Shown: in pieces, positions 26,128 through 38,453 of the stretch
Position numbering within the stretch: the first letter of the stretch is position 1
Layout: every line of letters begins with the position of its first letter
DNA from: Paragordius varius
Taxonomy: Eukaryota; Animalia; Nematomorpha
Assembly: GCA_964247055.1 (NCBI GenBank)
Contig: OZ176051.1
Span: 7,254,001-7,318,000 of the forward strand
Reading direction: 5' to 3'
Length of the DNA stretch: 64,000 nucleotides
Translations under genes and position numbers: made by a program
The notes under the pieces: generated by a model
Told to the model about the DNA's origin: nothing
The model's input: the letters and a program-made list of their open reading frames with translations, nothing else
Database searches by the model: none

Positions 26128-27522
26128 TTATTCCAATGATGTTTGTGCTGTACTTGAAAATATTTTTTTGCGTCTATTAATAATACTCCGGTGTAACTTA
26201 AGAATTTGATCATTTATTTTCCGCAAGTGTGGACTAACACGATAATTTGGATTGCTACGTATATTATCATCAATCAAGTAAACTGAGGTGCTAAAAATGG
26301 TGTATTCAGCCATTTCCAATATGAAAAAGAATAGCAGATAATTATGACTAAATCGACATGGTGTAGAACTGCGTCCCGACCAACATCTAAACGTATATAA
26401 AACTGAATAAATTGTTATAGGAGCCATACACAAGATGTATAGTACCACGGCACTTAACAGAAAATAGAATTTGTGTAAAATTTTATTCCATTTTAGAGAA
26501 TTCTTTTTATGTATATTTATTTTTTGTGTCCGATGCTCACTGTTAGATGTATCCTGTGTTCTTTTCGTTTTGTTAGGCCGGTGAATACTGTTATCAATTG
26601 GATGGACATCTATTGTATTGGACGTACTAAAACTCGCCCTAAGGCCTAATTGTGTCCCCACAATGGCTAAAAACGCCATGTTAGATTTCAAGACTAATTG
26701 GCGACGGTTTGTAAGGAAATAGCGACCTAAAAAAGTTGATGATCTTTGCTTATTCCACCCATTTAGAACAGTAAAATTAAGATTGTTTTGCGTGTTTACC
26801 CTTTGGATTTCTTTTATCCGATATATCATCAGAGTTAACACAAATAAACAAAGGAGAAATGGAAGTGTTTGAGTTAATAGCGAAGTGATTGAGATGGCGA
26901 AATTAGAAAACCTTCCTCTACTGTACTTAATATGACATTTCGTAAGGCCATTCACTGTACAATATATGATTCGGTAACCCATGCAAAGCGGTAACGGGGT
27001 AATGAGACCCAATGTTATTAAAAGGAATGGAAAAGTTCGGTAATACCACTTTTTTCGAATGATGTTAATGTTCCATTTGGGGTCTAGACAAAGATATCTA
27101 TCCAGCAAAAAACATACTTTCATCCATTGTTGCAAAATCGTGATACATTCCAAAATCGTGATGTTAAGCAATAAATAATATAAGTGTAAACTACAACTTG
27201 TTGCCAAATGTTGGTAATGTAAAAAACTGACCTCCAACAAACGCATGCTGAAGGCAGGGCAAATCAAGATCGATGATACACAAATGATTTTAAAATAATA
27301 ATAGCCATGTTGTATAGATTTGGGTAGCTGTCGTATCTTGAGGAACGTATATAAATTGGTTATTAAGGCTAACGATATCAATATAACCGATACTGTAAGA
27401 AAAAAATAGAGATTCCCTCGTTTTAAAAATGTACGTTGTAACGTTTTACATTGATTTAGTTTAGATGAATTACCGCTCGAAACAGAAATATTAAATACGA
27501 ACTTGGTGTTTGATAAATTCAT
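26128..27522 (-). CDS. Divergent class A (rhodopsin-like) orphan GPCR, intronless, 464 aa
   Basis: Seven hydrophobic helices; TM3 ends LLDRYLCL (DRY); ECL2 Cys; TM5 TLPF; TM6 ILCMAPI (CWxP-like); long basic ICL3. NPxxY and LAxAD are degenerate. Confidence 0.75.
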   Translation of the reverse strand: MNLSNTKFVFNISVSSGNSSKLNQCKTLQRTFLKRGNLYFFLTVSVILISLALITNLYTFLKIRQLPKSIQHGYYYFKIICVSSILICPAFSMRLLEVSFLHYQHLATSCSLHLYYLLLNITILECITILQQWMKVCFLLDRYLCLDPKWNINIIRKKWYYRTFPFLLITLGLITPLPLCMGYRIIYCTVNGLTKCHIKYSRGRFSNFAISITSLLTQTLPFLLCLFVLTLMIYRIKEIQRVNTQNNLNFTVLNGWNKQRSSTFLGRYFLTNRRQLVLKSNMAFLAIVGTQLGLRASFSTSNTIDVHPIDNSIHRPNKTKRTQDTSNSEHRTQKINIHKKNSLKWNKILHKFYFLLSAVVLYILCMAPITIYSVLYTFRCWSGRSSTPCRFSHNYLLFFFILEMAEYTIFSTSVYLIDDNIRSNPNYRVSPHLRKINDQILKLHRSIINRRKKIFSSTAQTSLE

Positions 27523-28694
27523 AAAAATTTGTGCTATATCTTATCAAACGGAAATAATAAAAAAAAGTATTAATTATTTATCATTTACATCTATCATTCA
27601 TGCTGACTGTTTATGGTAAGCGTGTAGTGTAAACATATTAATGACAATTTTCTATCACCCACCCTCTATGCATTTTCTAAATAATATATACAAGAAGTTT
27701 AATAATTTTACACAAAACTCATGAATATCTAATATGTTCATATGTATGTAAATTAATAACAAGTTGGATTAAATAAAATACATCTTTTAAAAAATAAAAT
27801 ATAGAATTTTTGTTAAAAATAATATTTTTAAAATATATTAAAACTTAAATTCCAAATCGTTTATAATGGGTTTCATTCCTTCTCCTAGCTATAGTAAAAA
27901 TCGAATTATTAATAGGATTTCACAAATAATCACGTAGCCAGTTTGCAGGTAATAAAGCGTATATAGTAAGTATGTATGAGATCTAAATCTTAAAAGCAAA
28001 ATTAAGACCCGTTTTTATGTAATACTTCGAAAGGAAGAACCATATTTGTCTACGACCTTACTTACCAATGATCACCACCTTTTTAAGGCTATTAATAGTA
28101 AAAGTTTTGGCTCCAATTTAAGCGTTTTCTCAAAATTGATTCTTAATCCTTTTTTATTCACGGATGTAGCCGAAAATTTACAATGGATGCTATTAGCTTT
28201 AATATATTCATTTCTTTTTGGGATGGCTACGACCCCTGAAACGAGTTAATGTTAAAAATTTGTTTGATTGACCCTTCTAGCATAATGAAATTGTAAAAAA
28301 CATCAGCTAAAACCACCGTATATTATTTTATAGGGAAGAATCGTTTATAAAACTTCAAATAGTAGTATATTAAAATAAAATTAAATAATTTTCGTTTGTG
28401 CTATGGAATTTTTATAACAATTTTCAAGCTGGTTATTTTGATATTTAAAAAGACAAGAAGATCAAATATTAATATTGTTATTTCAAGAAAATCGCCAAGT
28501 ATTTTTATTTTATACTAGCGTAAATCTCGTGCTGCTACCCGAGAAAGTCCTTCGGACTTCTGGGGGTGGGGGAGCTTTTTGAAAAAAGGGACAATAAAAT
28601 GATCCACATACGTGGATTATTTCGAAACATTATTTAATAGCTATGATCTCATAGGAATTTCAAAACGGGGCATTCATATTAATATATTGTTTAC

Positions 28695-29100
28695 TTGGGC
28701 GAAAAATAAATTCAAAAAATTATTTTTGTGGACTTTTTTTTGTTAAAAGCATTTTACGGGGGGAGCGGGTAAAAAGAGGGCCTAAATTAAAAAAGCGAGA
28801 CGACTATGTTCGGCGGAATCGAAAATAACTAAACAAAAATCATATTTATTGAATGGTCCAACATGTTCTCCGGAAAATTGTCTCAAAGACACGATTTTTG
28901 TGGACTTCAGTTTTCAAAAAAAACCGTTTTTTACACGGGGTGGGCCCGAACTGGGGGCCTAATTCAAAAAAAGGGGGAAGCTATTGTCGGGGCATTCATT
29001 AATGATTATATTTTTCGACATTTGGATTTGAATGGGTCTACCATTTTTTCGGTACCAGATTACAAAGCCAGCATTTTCCATTTTTACAAATATATAGATT
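28695..29100 (+). repeat. Dispersed repeat family B, copy 2
   Basis: Matches 9640-10035 and is immediately followed by a family A MITE. Confidence 0.85.
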
Positions 29101-29136
29101 ATTTTGAAATCTATGGAGTAAATTCTCCGCCTATTT

Positions 29137-29409
29137 ATATACCATTTACAATTCAAATATACCCTTGAACAATTCACCCAACAATTCAAATTAACCCTAA
29201 AAATAAATTATATGTTTTTGGGCTAATATATCTAATCATTTATAAGAAATATATTTTTACGACATAGTTTATTATTTTCAGCATTTTTACGTAATTTCAT
29301 TTTTAAAAAATATATAAAATATAGACAATTTTCCATCTTAAAAAACATATAATTTATCTTAGGGTGAATTTGAATTGTTTAAGAGTGAATTTAAACTCTA
29401 AATGTATAT
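29137..29409. mobile_element. MITE family A, copy 4
   Basis: ATATACCATTTACAATTCAAATATACCC...AGGGTGAATTTGAATTGTTTAAGAGTGAATTTAAACTCTAAATGTATAT. Confidence 0.85.
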
Positions 29410-31534
29410 CAAAATTGAGTGACCAGCTTATAACAAATATGGTCATTTCATACTTGGCAGTTTAGTAATAACTAAATATGCTTGAAACAGAGACAGATGG
29501 TCCCATTAACAAATGCATGTTGACTTATTAAACGAAATACAAAAATTTAGCGCCCTGTGAATTAGCATAGGAAAAAAATGAAAGCAGGGCATATAGGGTA
29601 TAATTATGAATACCACTCTGATTTGCAACGAAAGCATTACAAATCTATCCAAAAAGATTTAGCTAGGATGAGTAATAAAAAACTTTTGTTTATAAATCTG
29701 ACATTTTTTAATACCTCGAATAACACGATATGGATAAATTGTTCTAATTTAAACTAGGAATCGGAAAGAAATAAACTTTTAAATTATCAATTTTTATTTA
29801 ATTACGTATTGCATATTTATAGTGTCGGGATAAATATATGAAAAATACACAAGCTACAGATTTACTGTCCAAGGTTATATTTTTCTATATAGCAACTGCC
29901 AGATTATTCCTCTTTATGTGAATCCAGAAGAAAAAAATCATTTTTTCATACTACAATTAGTATTTTTGGATTATTTCTATTTTTTTTATAAAGGGGTATT
30001 TTATGGCATATTGCAGCTATGTAAACATTTGCCTAAAAGATAAGATCATATCGAAAGTATGTTTATCCACAGTACAATAGCGCTGAAAATTTACACATTA
30101 ACCTAGAAAGTCAATTTAACTTTTTAACTAAATTTATTAAAAATTATTTTAAAAATATTTTACTCAAAATTGATTCATTATTTTAAATTCTCTCGCGCAA
30201 TTACGGCTTTTTATGTTAATTTTAAGGAAAGGAATGTATATATCTGACCAATTTAAAAACTTATAAAAAATCATGATAAATAATATTGTGATTAAGAAAT
30301 AAAATTTAATTTTTTCCCAAAATGTTTTGATTCGAGTTTATTTGCGAAAAAATTGTGTGTGATGAGTATCACAACTTTTTCTGGACTCGATTTTCTAAAT
30401 ATTTTCTGATTCCTTATAGTATTGTGATCAGATTTGCGTAAAAATCTTTTTTACTTTCCCAGCTCGTTTTCGAGATATGGGACTTTTTCCATATTTGGAC
30501 ATATCCAAAATTTTCTTGTTTGTAAATATTTTTCGCTATGTAAACGAATAATATGTGGCTTACATAAGTATTTTTACAAGAAATTATCAATTTATCTTCA
30601 AAATAAAAAAAAATTTTACTTAAAATATTCAATACATTTTGTTTTAGGGGGCAAAAACCCTCACAAATTGGGTAACTTAACATTTTTTCACACAAATATT
30701 TTTTATCAATTTATTAAATCAAAACAAACTTTATTATATGTTCTTGGATGTTAATAATGTTTGTTTAATATAAATATCACTTTGTAATAGCTTTGTGGAC
30801 TTTTATTTTTAAAAATAAATTTAATTTTTACAGCTTTTTTGTTGCTTTTTTTATGTAAAAAATAATTTAATTTAGTCAGCTGTAAATACTAATTTCATTT
30901 TTTCATCTGAAATTTTTAAATTTTGACCATATATGGTGGCAGATATGTTGACTCGTTTGCTTCATTTTTAAATATTTTAAAATAATATAAAATGGACAAT
31001 GATTCTTATATAAATTTGTGATTGATTTCTGAATCGGAAAAATCGTCTGCCTTTTGGATAAGAGAAGAAAACACCTTGATACCATCAAATACATTATATA
31101 TATATACTTTAGGGATATGGATGATTCCCTCTTTGTCAAGAGTGCAATCTAAAGAAGCTTATTACCCTGATGAAGTTTTACGATACTCGGAAATGAATTC
31201 TTTTTTAATAAAAGTTTAATCACCCATAAAATTTCAGTTGTTTAGGGAACAGTACGTATGCCACAGGGAAATCAAAGGAAAGCACCCTCATATACTAAAT
31301 TATATTTTTAATAATTTTAACCATATATTCTTAAAAATTTTATTTGGGTTATCGTCTCTTCAGTTAAATTATTTTTTGTCGTTAACGTTTCATTTAATTT
31401 AAACTATTGTCGCTTATCAACAACTCTAATCAACCTTTGTTTTTTGCTGATATATGTTTAAGCATAAATTTAAGTTAATGATATTTTACCCCAACCTGTT
31501 GGGATCTAATTTAACTGATTTGTTTATTCCACCT

Positions 31535-31600
31535 AGACAATGTATGACATCGCCCAAGTATTTAAAATTATTTACCAATTCGATTTTGGCGTCTGCCACA
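31535..31600 (-). pseudogene. Possible tiny non-LTR RT relic inside the transposon
   Basis: Minus strand reads KIELVNNFKYLGDVIHCL, resembling the LINE FxYLG thumb motif; the surrounding frames are closed. Confidence 0.3.
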
Positions 31601-31914
31601 TAAAAGTATTTTATTGATAGGTAGTTATATTATCATGACAAAGTACCCAATCGCAACAATTTGTATATCACATCAGCTAATAGATTAGCTTTCAATATGG
31701 ACGACTGTGCAGAGGAAATTGAAGAATATGCCTAATAAAATATACCATTAATAAATAATTTCATCATATTATATTGAACTATATGCAAATCCTAATTATA
31801 ATCAGTTATTAGAGTGAATATTTAGAATATATTTTGGTCAAAAGATTTTAAGACACGGATAATCTAATCTAGAATAATAAAGTAAATTAGGTGTAGAAAA
31901 AATAAAATAATAAT

Positions 31915-33074
31915 TTATTTATTCATATACATATAATCGCAAATTAAATTTATATTGTTTCGATAGGTTTTTTCGAAGGGTTTCAAAAGCTGGTGACCCT
32001 TTTCTCCTCTTTGGTCACTAATTGAGTCTTTTGGAAAAAAACGTAGATGGGAATCCACCATATGGAGCTTTAGACTCATGCGGCATCCTATAGGATAAAA
32101 ATTAATATAAATGTTTAAAAAACAAATGTATTATAACATACATACCCATCCTATTGAAAGAATCGATTAAACGATTGCCTAATTCCAGATGGTTCTTATT
32201 TTTTGTATTTCCCAAAAAATTTTGAGAAAAAGTTCGCAATGCAATCCATGCCGCTTTTTCTTTGGGTTGCATTTTAGATTCAAACATAACATCATTGAAA
32301 AGATTCGTAACCTAAAATTAAATGTATAATACCTGCGGCCCTATCAAAACTGCGGCGTTAATTTTGGCAGGCGTCATCCTGAACTTGCTGAAGTAATGGG
32401 CCCAAGCTTCGCCATTTTTATCGAGACTGCACAAAAATGTTTTGGCCAATCCAAGCAGTGTGTGCAATGGCGGCAAAACAAATTTGTTAGCTGATATTAA
32501 TGGAGAATTAGTCTGATTCTTGGGCCCAACTTCATAAGTTCGGACGGGCCAATTTTTTTTTGTGTAATGGTTATCGGTGTCCCGCGAGTCCCACTCACAC
32601 AAAGGACAAAAGAATTTAGGAAATCCTTTCTGTATTCCGTAAAGCAGTCCCATGACCTATAAAAATATTAGAATTTTAGAAACTTTATAATCCCCTGTTA
32701 CATGCCAATAATGGAAGTTGTATCGGAGGAGTTGCAAAATATTTTCAAAATTATCATAGGTTTCCCTATAAACTCGGCTGAATGCTATTAATATTGGCCT
32801 GTGCTCTCCGGCACGGTCCAATAAAAATGCCTTCAAACTTTCCTAAAGATGTAAAATATTATATACCTGAGAAGCGTCTAGAAATAATACCCATTGTGAT
32901 GAATCATATGGATAATTCATTTCCTGCATTAAGCCAATTATATCATGACACCATGATAAATAACTGTTTTCGGAAAAATATTTTCGGAAATTTATTCCTC
33001 TATTCCGAAAACTGGTTATATTGATGTCAGTTAAATTGTTTCGACTAAGAGTCCTTACCATAAGTTCAGACGAC
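31915..33074 (-). CDS. Spliced DDE transposase core, Chapaev3-like (~343 aa over 5 exons)
   Basis: Exons 32867-33074, 32684-32842, 32333-32656, 32146-32311 and 31915-32087 join without stops: WVLFLDASQESLKAFLL, VTGDYKVMGLLYG, FCPLCEWDSR, LPPLHTLLGL, NFLGN, GCRMSLKLHMVDSHLRFFP, SDQRGEKGHQ, CDY. An upstream CPTDKNIVCHICGQY motif at ~33170-33227 does not join cleanly, so the 5' end is unresolved. Confidence 0.8.
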
Positions 33075-34527
33075 CTAATATAATAATATATTAAAAAAAT
33101 GTTTAGCTTATTCAAAGATAAATACAAAATTTAACTTATATATTTAACGCATTTCAGCATAAGTATTAGCCGATTAGTTTTTTTGTGTATTGTCCACATA
33201 TGTGGCAAACTATATTTTTATCAGTTGGACACCCTATATATATAGATATATATATATTACTTGGGTTAGAATTATATTTTTTTGTACATATTGGTATAAT
33301 AAAATATTCTTGATGAAAAAGATGATATAGAGTGTATTAAAATGAAGGAAATATTTAAAAATTTCAGATGAAAAAATGAAATTAGTATTTACAGCTGACT
33401 AAATTAAATTATTTTTTACATAAAAAAAGCAACAAAAAAGCTGTAAAAATTAAATTTATTTTTAAAAAAAAAAGTCCACAAAGCTATTACAAAGTGATAT
33501 TTATATTTAAACAAACATTATTAACATCTAAGAACATATAATAAAGTTTGTTTTGATTTAATAAATTGATAAAAAATATTTGTGTGGAAAAATGTTAAGT
33601 TACCCAATTTTTGAGGGTTTCTGCCCCCTAAAACAAAAAGTATTGGATATTTTAAGTAAATTTTTTTTTTATTTTGAAGATAAATTGGTAATTTTTTGTA
33701 AAAATACTTCTGTAAGCCACATATTATTCGTTTACATAGCGAAAAATATTTACAAACAAGAAAATTTTGGATATGTCCAAATATGGAAAAAGTCCCATAT
33801 CTCGAAAACAAGCTGGGAAAGTAAAAAAATTTTTTACGCAAATCTGATCACAATACTATAAGGAATCAGAAAATATTTAGAAAATCGAGTCCAGAAAATT
33901 GACCCCATATTTTGTTGCACAGTGTTATTGTTTGATGATTATATTTACAATTTCATTTTTATGCTAAATAAAAGTTATAGGCTACTTTTTTTTATATATA
34001 AAATATATGCTTATAGGTTCAAATAAAAAACAATATTAGTAAATAACACATAAAAATTTAATAAAATAAATATCAATCTGTTAATTCGTAGAACCGCGGT
34101 TTCTTCTAAAGTCTACACTATATTTATAGCTTCTATGAACCAATTCTAAGGCCCTTTAAGCCAATAAATAGCTAAATATCCTATTTTTAAAAAGAGAATT
34201 ACAAATAATTTTCCTAGGCATAATAAATATATAGTTTATTTGTATATTAATACTTCGTATATAGAAACGGGCCAACAAAAATAATATTAAACCATATTTT
34301 TAATACAACTTTTTCATAAAGTTGTGTAAATCAATAAGATAATTGATTTCATTGGAAAAAGACTTTAAACATTACTCACAATCCTGTAATTTTAAATATC
34401 AAACGACTATCGTTGACATATATTTACCAATATAAATGAAAATACTAAACTATAAATTATTTTTTACAACCAAAGGCTAATAAATCAACCTTTAAGGGTT
34501 TTTTTCACCCAACAAGGAGGTAACCCT

Positions 34528-35508
34528 TCAGATAAATTTACGCCATGAGCATCGGTCCTGTGCATCTTCAATTTTCAGGTTTAAAATAGCCAGATCGTTT
34601 TCCACAATAGAAAGCCAACTTTGTAATGGACGTCCTTTACGATTTCGCAAACTTGTAGAAAAATTGACCATGCGGTATAGCCAACTTTCATGTGAGCTTC
34701 GGTGAACATGTCCCGCAAATCTCAGACGATTTGGGCGCAAACAATCGATAAGCGGAGTCATTTGTAGGACAGTATATGGATCAAATTTATTATTGTAATT
34801 ATAGAGGTTGGGGTTTGTAGCATAAAGTATAGTTTTTAGAAATCTCCTTTCCGCTTGTTGTAACTTTAGTGAATTTGTTTTGGTTAAAGCCATAGCTTCG
34901 GTTGCGTAAATTAGAACGGGTCGTATGATGGTGGTGTACATAGTCGATTTGGATTTGAATAAGATGTATTTATTGTTTATAATACTTTTGAGTTGGTGGT
35001 ATTTTGACCAGGCGTTTTTTATACGGTTATTGATAATTGGTTCAAGGCCCCCACCAGCGCTTATAATGTCACCCAAATATGTAAAACTTTGTACTGTTTC
35101 AAAAGGTTCTTCATTACGTACACTTTGTGGAGGCTTAGTTGGGTTGGGCGTGGTGCGATTGCTGCATATAAAATCGTGATGTAATTTTAGCGATTTCAGC
35201 TGAGAGCATTTTTTGTGGACCCATTTTTTACATTTGAGGCATTGGTTTGCGTTGGGTTTGACTTCTTTATTACATATTGAGCAGGGCCATTTAATGGGAT
35301 TGTCTTTATTATTATCGTTTATTAATTTTGTTTTTGATACATTTACCTTAAGTCCAAACATCTCTAGCCGTTCTTTCCACCTCGTAAGATTTGTCTTTAA
35401 TTGCACTTCACTGTTTGCCATTAATACCAAGTCGTCTGCGTAAAGGATGTTGTATGGTAAGCCTTGCTCTAAGGGTTTAGAGATTTCATCCATAATAGTT
35501 ATAAACAA
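34528..35508 (-). mobile_element. 5'-truncated RTE-like non-LTR retrotransposon ORF2 fragment
   Basis: ILYADDLVL (RT catalytic), GLKVNVSKTK, a Cys-rich insert, FTYLGDII thumb, YTTIIRPVLIYATEAM, RLRFAGHV, RKGRPLQSW. Starts mid-RT with no endonuclease. Confidence 0.9.
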
Positions 35509-35946
35509 GAACGGGCTTTCGTTCGTTTAAACAGCTGTAAACTTTTAAATCTATTTCAACTTATTTTTTTCCCCACCTTCTTCTTCTTCTAATACACATT
35601 TTCCTCCCGTTGGGGAGGTTGCGAAGGAATGCCATCCTCGCATAAAAAATTTGATGAAAAATCAAAGGCTAATAAATAAAAAATTATATTTTTGGACTAT
35701 ATTTGTCATAATATTTTTTGCCAGTTATACAAAATCAAAAATCTATATTATAAAAAATTTAACTTGAGAATGTAAAACAGCAACATTTTCCCCAGTTTAG
35801 GTATGCGTATATAAACAATAATAAAACATGTATTTATTGCAAAATGACAATATTTTTTAGTCTGTTTGCCCTTTGTAGTAATAATATATTTGTCATTGTC
35901 GTACATTACGAATTTCTGGTTATAAAAAAATCAATGTTAAACATTT

Positions 35947-38388
35947 TTAAGCTGTTGGGTTGGTAGCAGTTTGGCAAGCCACATTTGATAACATTTCATT
36001 GTTTAGGTGAGAAATGACCCATTCCATAGCTTGTCTTCCCTAAAAAATCGATGATTAATAAAATGGAAAATTAAAATAGTTTAATAAATGCAAAATATCA
36101 AAGACTGGAACAAATTATTTTAGGGAAATCAATATGGCTGCGATTAATATTATTTGATTGTATTACTATTTAAATTTTTTCGTGAAAAGCGAAAAATGAT
36201 AGATTACGAATATGATCATTTTTTTTGAAAGACACCTATAATAAAGCTATTGTTAAAATTAAAATGATTTAAAACACCAAAAAACTCGCCTTTTTGACCC
36301 GTTCTAAAAAACCGCGATTAAACACAAAAACCAAATGAAAAATATGTCTAGAAACAATATCCCAAAAACGGTTCGATTTCTAATCATGTAAACATAAATC
36401 AAAAATTTATCGCTTATCCAGGCATTTAAAAAGGCAAGGTATCTATTTTATCGCAAAAACATATATTATACCGCTAAAGATTTTTGAGCCATGGTATCTA
36501 AAATCATTTTTTCAAGGTAATTTGAGAGAGGCATTCCTTTGATAGTTATTGTTGACTCATTTGTCATTAGAGTTCTGAATAAAGTGTATTTTATATTGAA
36601 ATTTGTTATATATTTATAAAAAATAAAAAGGAATGATTATTGAATATGCACCAATTTTAACATAAAGATAAAAATAGATACTTGTTAAATTGTGTGGGAT
36701 GTTGTTTATAAACAATTTTTTCTTCAATTGCAACATTGTTTGCCATTGAAAGCTAATAATATAAGAAAATAATTTCACTAAGTGCAGAAAAGAAGGGTTA
36801 ATTTTTTTAACAATTTTTTTTCATAAGTTAGCTTATGACGAGCGTATTCATTTGCAAGAAAAAATTTTATTTGTTGACAACCCAGTTTTAAAATATGAGA
36901 ATATCAAAATTGGGTAAAAAGTAAAAACTAAGGATAATTAAATAATGATACTTGAGATATTATGGTTTATTATTATTTTTGCAGATAATTACAATTTGTA
37001 AATAGCCTAAAAACATATAGTTAGGGTTTTTAAAATTTTTTATCCATAAATCGGCGCTTTTTATTAACGTAAAAGACAAAATATTTTTGTTAAACTATAT
37101 CACTCTATTCAAAAAAGAGTAATTTTTAAACAATTTCTTTTTCATGAGTTAGCTTATGATCAGCGAATTTTTACGCAAAATTTTTATTTAACGACCTAGT
37201 TTTTAAAATTTTATCAGAATTGGGCAAAAAGTGAATTAAAAATAATTTCTAACATATAAATATCCTAAAATCATATAGTTAGGGTTTTTATATTAATTTC
37301 ACAAAAAAATTTTGTCTTTTAAGCTTGTTTAAAGAAAAACGCCATTTTTCTTTTGATATAGTTTATAAAACCCTAACTATATGATTTTAGACTATTTATA
37401 AATTGTAAATATCTGCTTATATAAAAAACCATTATATCTCAACTTTTATCATTATTTTTGAATTATCCTAATTTTCACTTTTTGCCCGATTTCGATTTTT
37501 CTTAATATTATAAAAACTAGATCGTCAAATTAAAATTTTTGCGGCAAATAAAATCGCTGGTCATAAGCTATCTCATGAAAAAAACTTTTTGTTATTAAAA
37601 AAATCTCTTTTTTTGCACAGTTTAACAGACTTTTCCATATAAAATGGATTTCCTATTAAATAATTAATACTTACTTTACTGTATATGTATATATATGATC
37701 CTTGAAATTATACAATATACATAAAAATTAAATGTTTCAAAAACCATAAACGTTTTCATTCCTGAATTATAAAAATAAAATTTTATATACATCTAATTTT
37801 GTTTGCATATAATGTTCAAAAAAAATTATCTTTAATTATATGTTTAATTTAATATAATCCTCAAAATTAAAAAAATAATAATCAGAGATAATTATTAGCT
37901 TATAAAAGCTTTTAATAAAAATATTGGCAAGAGATTGAAGGTCAAATAATTAATTACATACATTTTTCGAATTTAAAATCATAGTTTGATTATGAGGATT
38001 TAAATGCGATGTTTCTGACACTAAGCATTCGGGATTTATATTTATGACCTACGAACAATTATTTAATTTGTAACTTTATTTATCCAATGCGGAATTTTCC
38101 AAGATGTTGTGATTAATCGATGTGTAAATAACTGACCCTTTTCGCAAACCTTCCTATCAATCACATCAATAGATTTAACAGATGTGTTCATTGGATTAGG
38201 ATATTTACGCCATGTCGCTTGCATGACTGTTTCCCAAGGATGGCTTAAAATATATATAATTAATATAATATTGTAAAAAGTATCAATGATTTAAAAAAAA
38301 AATTCAATATAATTTACGAGTTATATTAAAAAAAAATATTTATATGGACAACTTACTCGAAAACATGTTCCGTTTTCCAGATTTTCAT
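35947..38388 (-). CDS. PRELID3: PRELI-domain lipid-transfer protein (PRELID3/slowmo/Ups2-like), 6 exons
   Basis: Exons 38357-38388, 38075-38243, 37962-38048, 36682-36752, 36472-36574 and 35947-36039 give [30 protein letters not shown]...GRQAMEWVI. Confidence 0.95.
36820..37585. repeat. Composite repeat: two direct and one inverted copy of a ~150-220-bp unit in PRELID3 intron 3
   Basis: GTTAGCTTATGA...CATATAGTTAGGGTTTT at ~36820-37035 and ~37140-37290; reverse complement AAAACCCTAACTATATG...TCATAAGCTATCTCATGAA at ~37365-37585. Confidence 0.75.
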
Positions 38389-38453
38389 CAAAATACGCCT
38401 CCCAAAAAATATTGGACCGAATATTAAAAAGTTTATTAAAAATAGCTTACCAC

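Larger units (their letters stand above)
30377..33924 (-). mobile_element. Chapaev-like (CMC superfamily) DNA transposon with ~545-bp inverted arms
   Basis: 30377-30920 is a high-identity reverse complement of 33354-33898. The right end reads 5'-CACTGTGCAACAAAA on the minus strand (33910-33924), a CAC-type terminus. A transposase gene lies between the arms. The matching left terminal motif was not found. Confidence 0.75.

Noticed and set aside
30414-33861. Paired ORFs 30414/30434 and 33521/33580 that look like duplicated genes
   Set aside because: They are mirror translations of the transposon inverted arms, open on both strands, with no protein motifs.
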